A DNA stretch of 64,000 bases, taken from assembly GCF_001194135.2 (NCBI RefSeq), contig NC_068981.1, forward strand, positions 160,095,974 to 160,159,973, in the 5' to 3' direction. The DNA is from Octopus bimaculoides (lineage: Eukaryota). A program made the position numbers and the translations under genes. The notes beneath the pieces are model-generated. The model made no database searches. It was given only the letters and a program-made list of their open reading frames with translations, and had not been told where the DNA came from. How positions within the stretch are numbered: position 1 is the first letter of the stretch; every line of letters starts with the position of its first letter. This document shows positions 62,861 to 64,000 of this stretch, piece by piece.

Positions 62861-63525
62861 TGTTGTATAGATATATAGAATCAAGGGAAGATGTATCAAT
62901 TGAAGTGTAAGGTTATGAGGATGAATCTTCAAGGTATGAATTATACGTAGGCATGGTTGAATGTATTAGAGTACAAAAACTGTTGTTAAAAGTAGTAGCA
63001 TTGGTATTATTGTATCCACCTCTTATAGATGCCATGGTACATTTGTCAGTTTGGCAGGTCTTTCAGGGCAGCTCAAACAAAGATCTTAGTATCAGTTTAT
63101 ATTTGTGCCTACATTTTCCTGACACAAGTGATTTTGAATTAAGATAACCATCTGGTTGCAGTAAGTGTTCCAATATTAGTCTTTTTCAGTAGTGCATGAA
63201 TTACAATTTTTGCTTCCATTCTTATGATTTCCATTTAATATACAAATCAGTAGTTAGATGAAGCTGGAAAGCTTAGTTACATGCCATCCTTTAGTGTTCT
63301 AGGAGATAGCTAGATGATTGAGATATTTTCGAATACCTTCTCAGATACATACAGCATTCAGTAAATCACCCTTTAACACACACATAACACATTCATAGGA
63401 TTATGCCTAACATATGCATGTGTATATTGTATGAAAATATTTGCCTGTGTGTATTTATTTTTCAACCAAATTATCGTATTGATTAAATATATTGACAGTT
63501 TGTTTAAAACTTCAATTTCTTGTAG

Positions 63526-63624
63526 ATACATGGAAAAACTGGTGAGCCTTTCTGGGTTTGGGTAGAAGACCCAGATAATAACTTTATTTACCATTCTGAA
63601 AGTTTTCTTTTACACAAGAAGAGT
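63526..63624 (+). CDS. ASCC3: ASCC3 coding exon 22 (gene continues past window)
   Basis: tcttgtag| and AGT|gtaagt. IHGKTGEPFWVWVEDPDNNFIYHSESFLLHKK, like human VHGTVGEPWWIWVEDPTNDHIYHSEYF. Confidence 0.96.
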
Positions 63625-63894
63625 GTAAGTAGTTTTTGATTTGTTGTATGTAGATTTGTAGTTTTTTTTTAAATATGTGACTATCACATCATTTACCCAT
63701 TATCTTTTTATTTTTTTTATTTGTTTTGGTCTTTGAACTGTGGCCATACTGTGGTACCACGTTAAAAGATTTAGTCAAACAATCAACCTCAATACTTATT
63801 TTCAAACCTAATACTTATCCGGTGATCTCTGAACTGCAGAAGATATAAACAAACCAACACCACTTGTTAAGTGGTTGGTGGGGACAAACATAAG

Positions 63895-63896
<2 letters not shown>

Positions 63897-63961
<65 letters not shown>
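63897..63961. repeat. (CA)n(TA)n microsatellite, representative of many
   Basis: Others: (CA)n 85-104; (TA)n ~6227-6260, 19074-19101, 27846-27880, 36885-36951, 38780-38845; (TTA)n 18567-18596; (CT)n(CA)n 59779-59833. Confidence 0.95.
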
Positions 63962-63964
<3 letters not shown>

Positions 63965-64000
63965 TCACCAGTCCTCAGTCAAATCATCCAACCCATGCTA

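Noticed and set aside
860-63624. U12-type or other non-canonical introns
   Set aside because: All 26 introns read are GT-AG and none has the GTATCCTT U12 donor.

Overview
AT-rich animal genomic DNA with four assembly gaps. The repeat content (RTE LINE tails ending in (GAT)n, tRNA-derived SINEs, (TA)n/(CA)n arrays) suggests a coleoid cephalopod, probably Octopus; that is an inference. Two spliced genes lie in tandem on the + strand. (1) The last six coding exons of SCAP (C-terminal WD40 domain, ending ...FPTILEKND*, stop at 8517-8519). (2) The first 22 coding exons of the Ski2-like helicase ASCC3 (ATG at 21934; 3735 nt, 1245 codons, running off the window), covering the N-terminal region, the first helicase cassette and most of the first Sec63 unit. 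I walked every exon by hand: all introns are GT-AG and all phases are consistent. The rest is repeat: many RTE LINE 3' ends, a CR1/L2-like 3' end, several SINE families, a dead full-length mariner, a second mariner 5' fragment, and hAT-, mariner-, piggyBac- and Kolobok-like non-autonomous elements. I found no convincing new protein-coding system. The most interesting unexplained structure is at RNA and repeat level: an interlocked inverted repeat in a SCAP intron, a hairpin array in the RTE 3' UTR, a 142-bp TIR hairpin in an ASCC3 intron, a foldback-like element, and inverted LINE tails flanking the symmetric Walker A exon of ASCC3.
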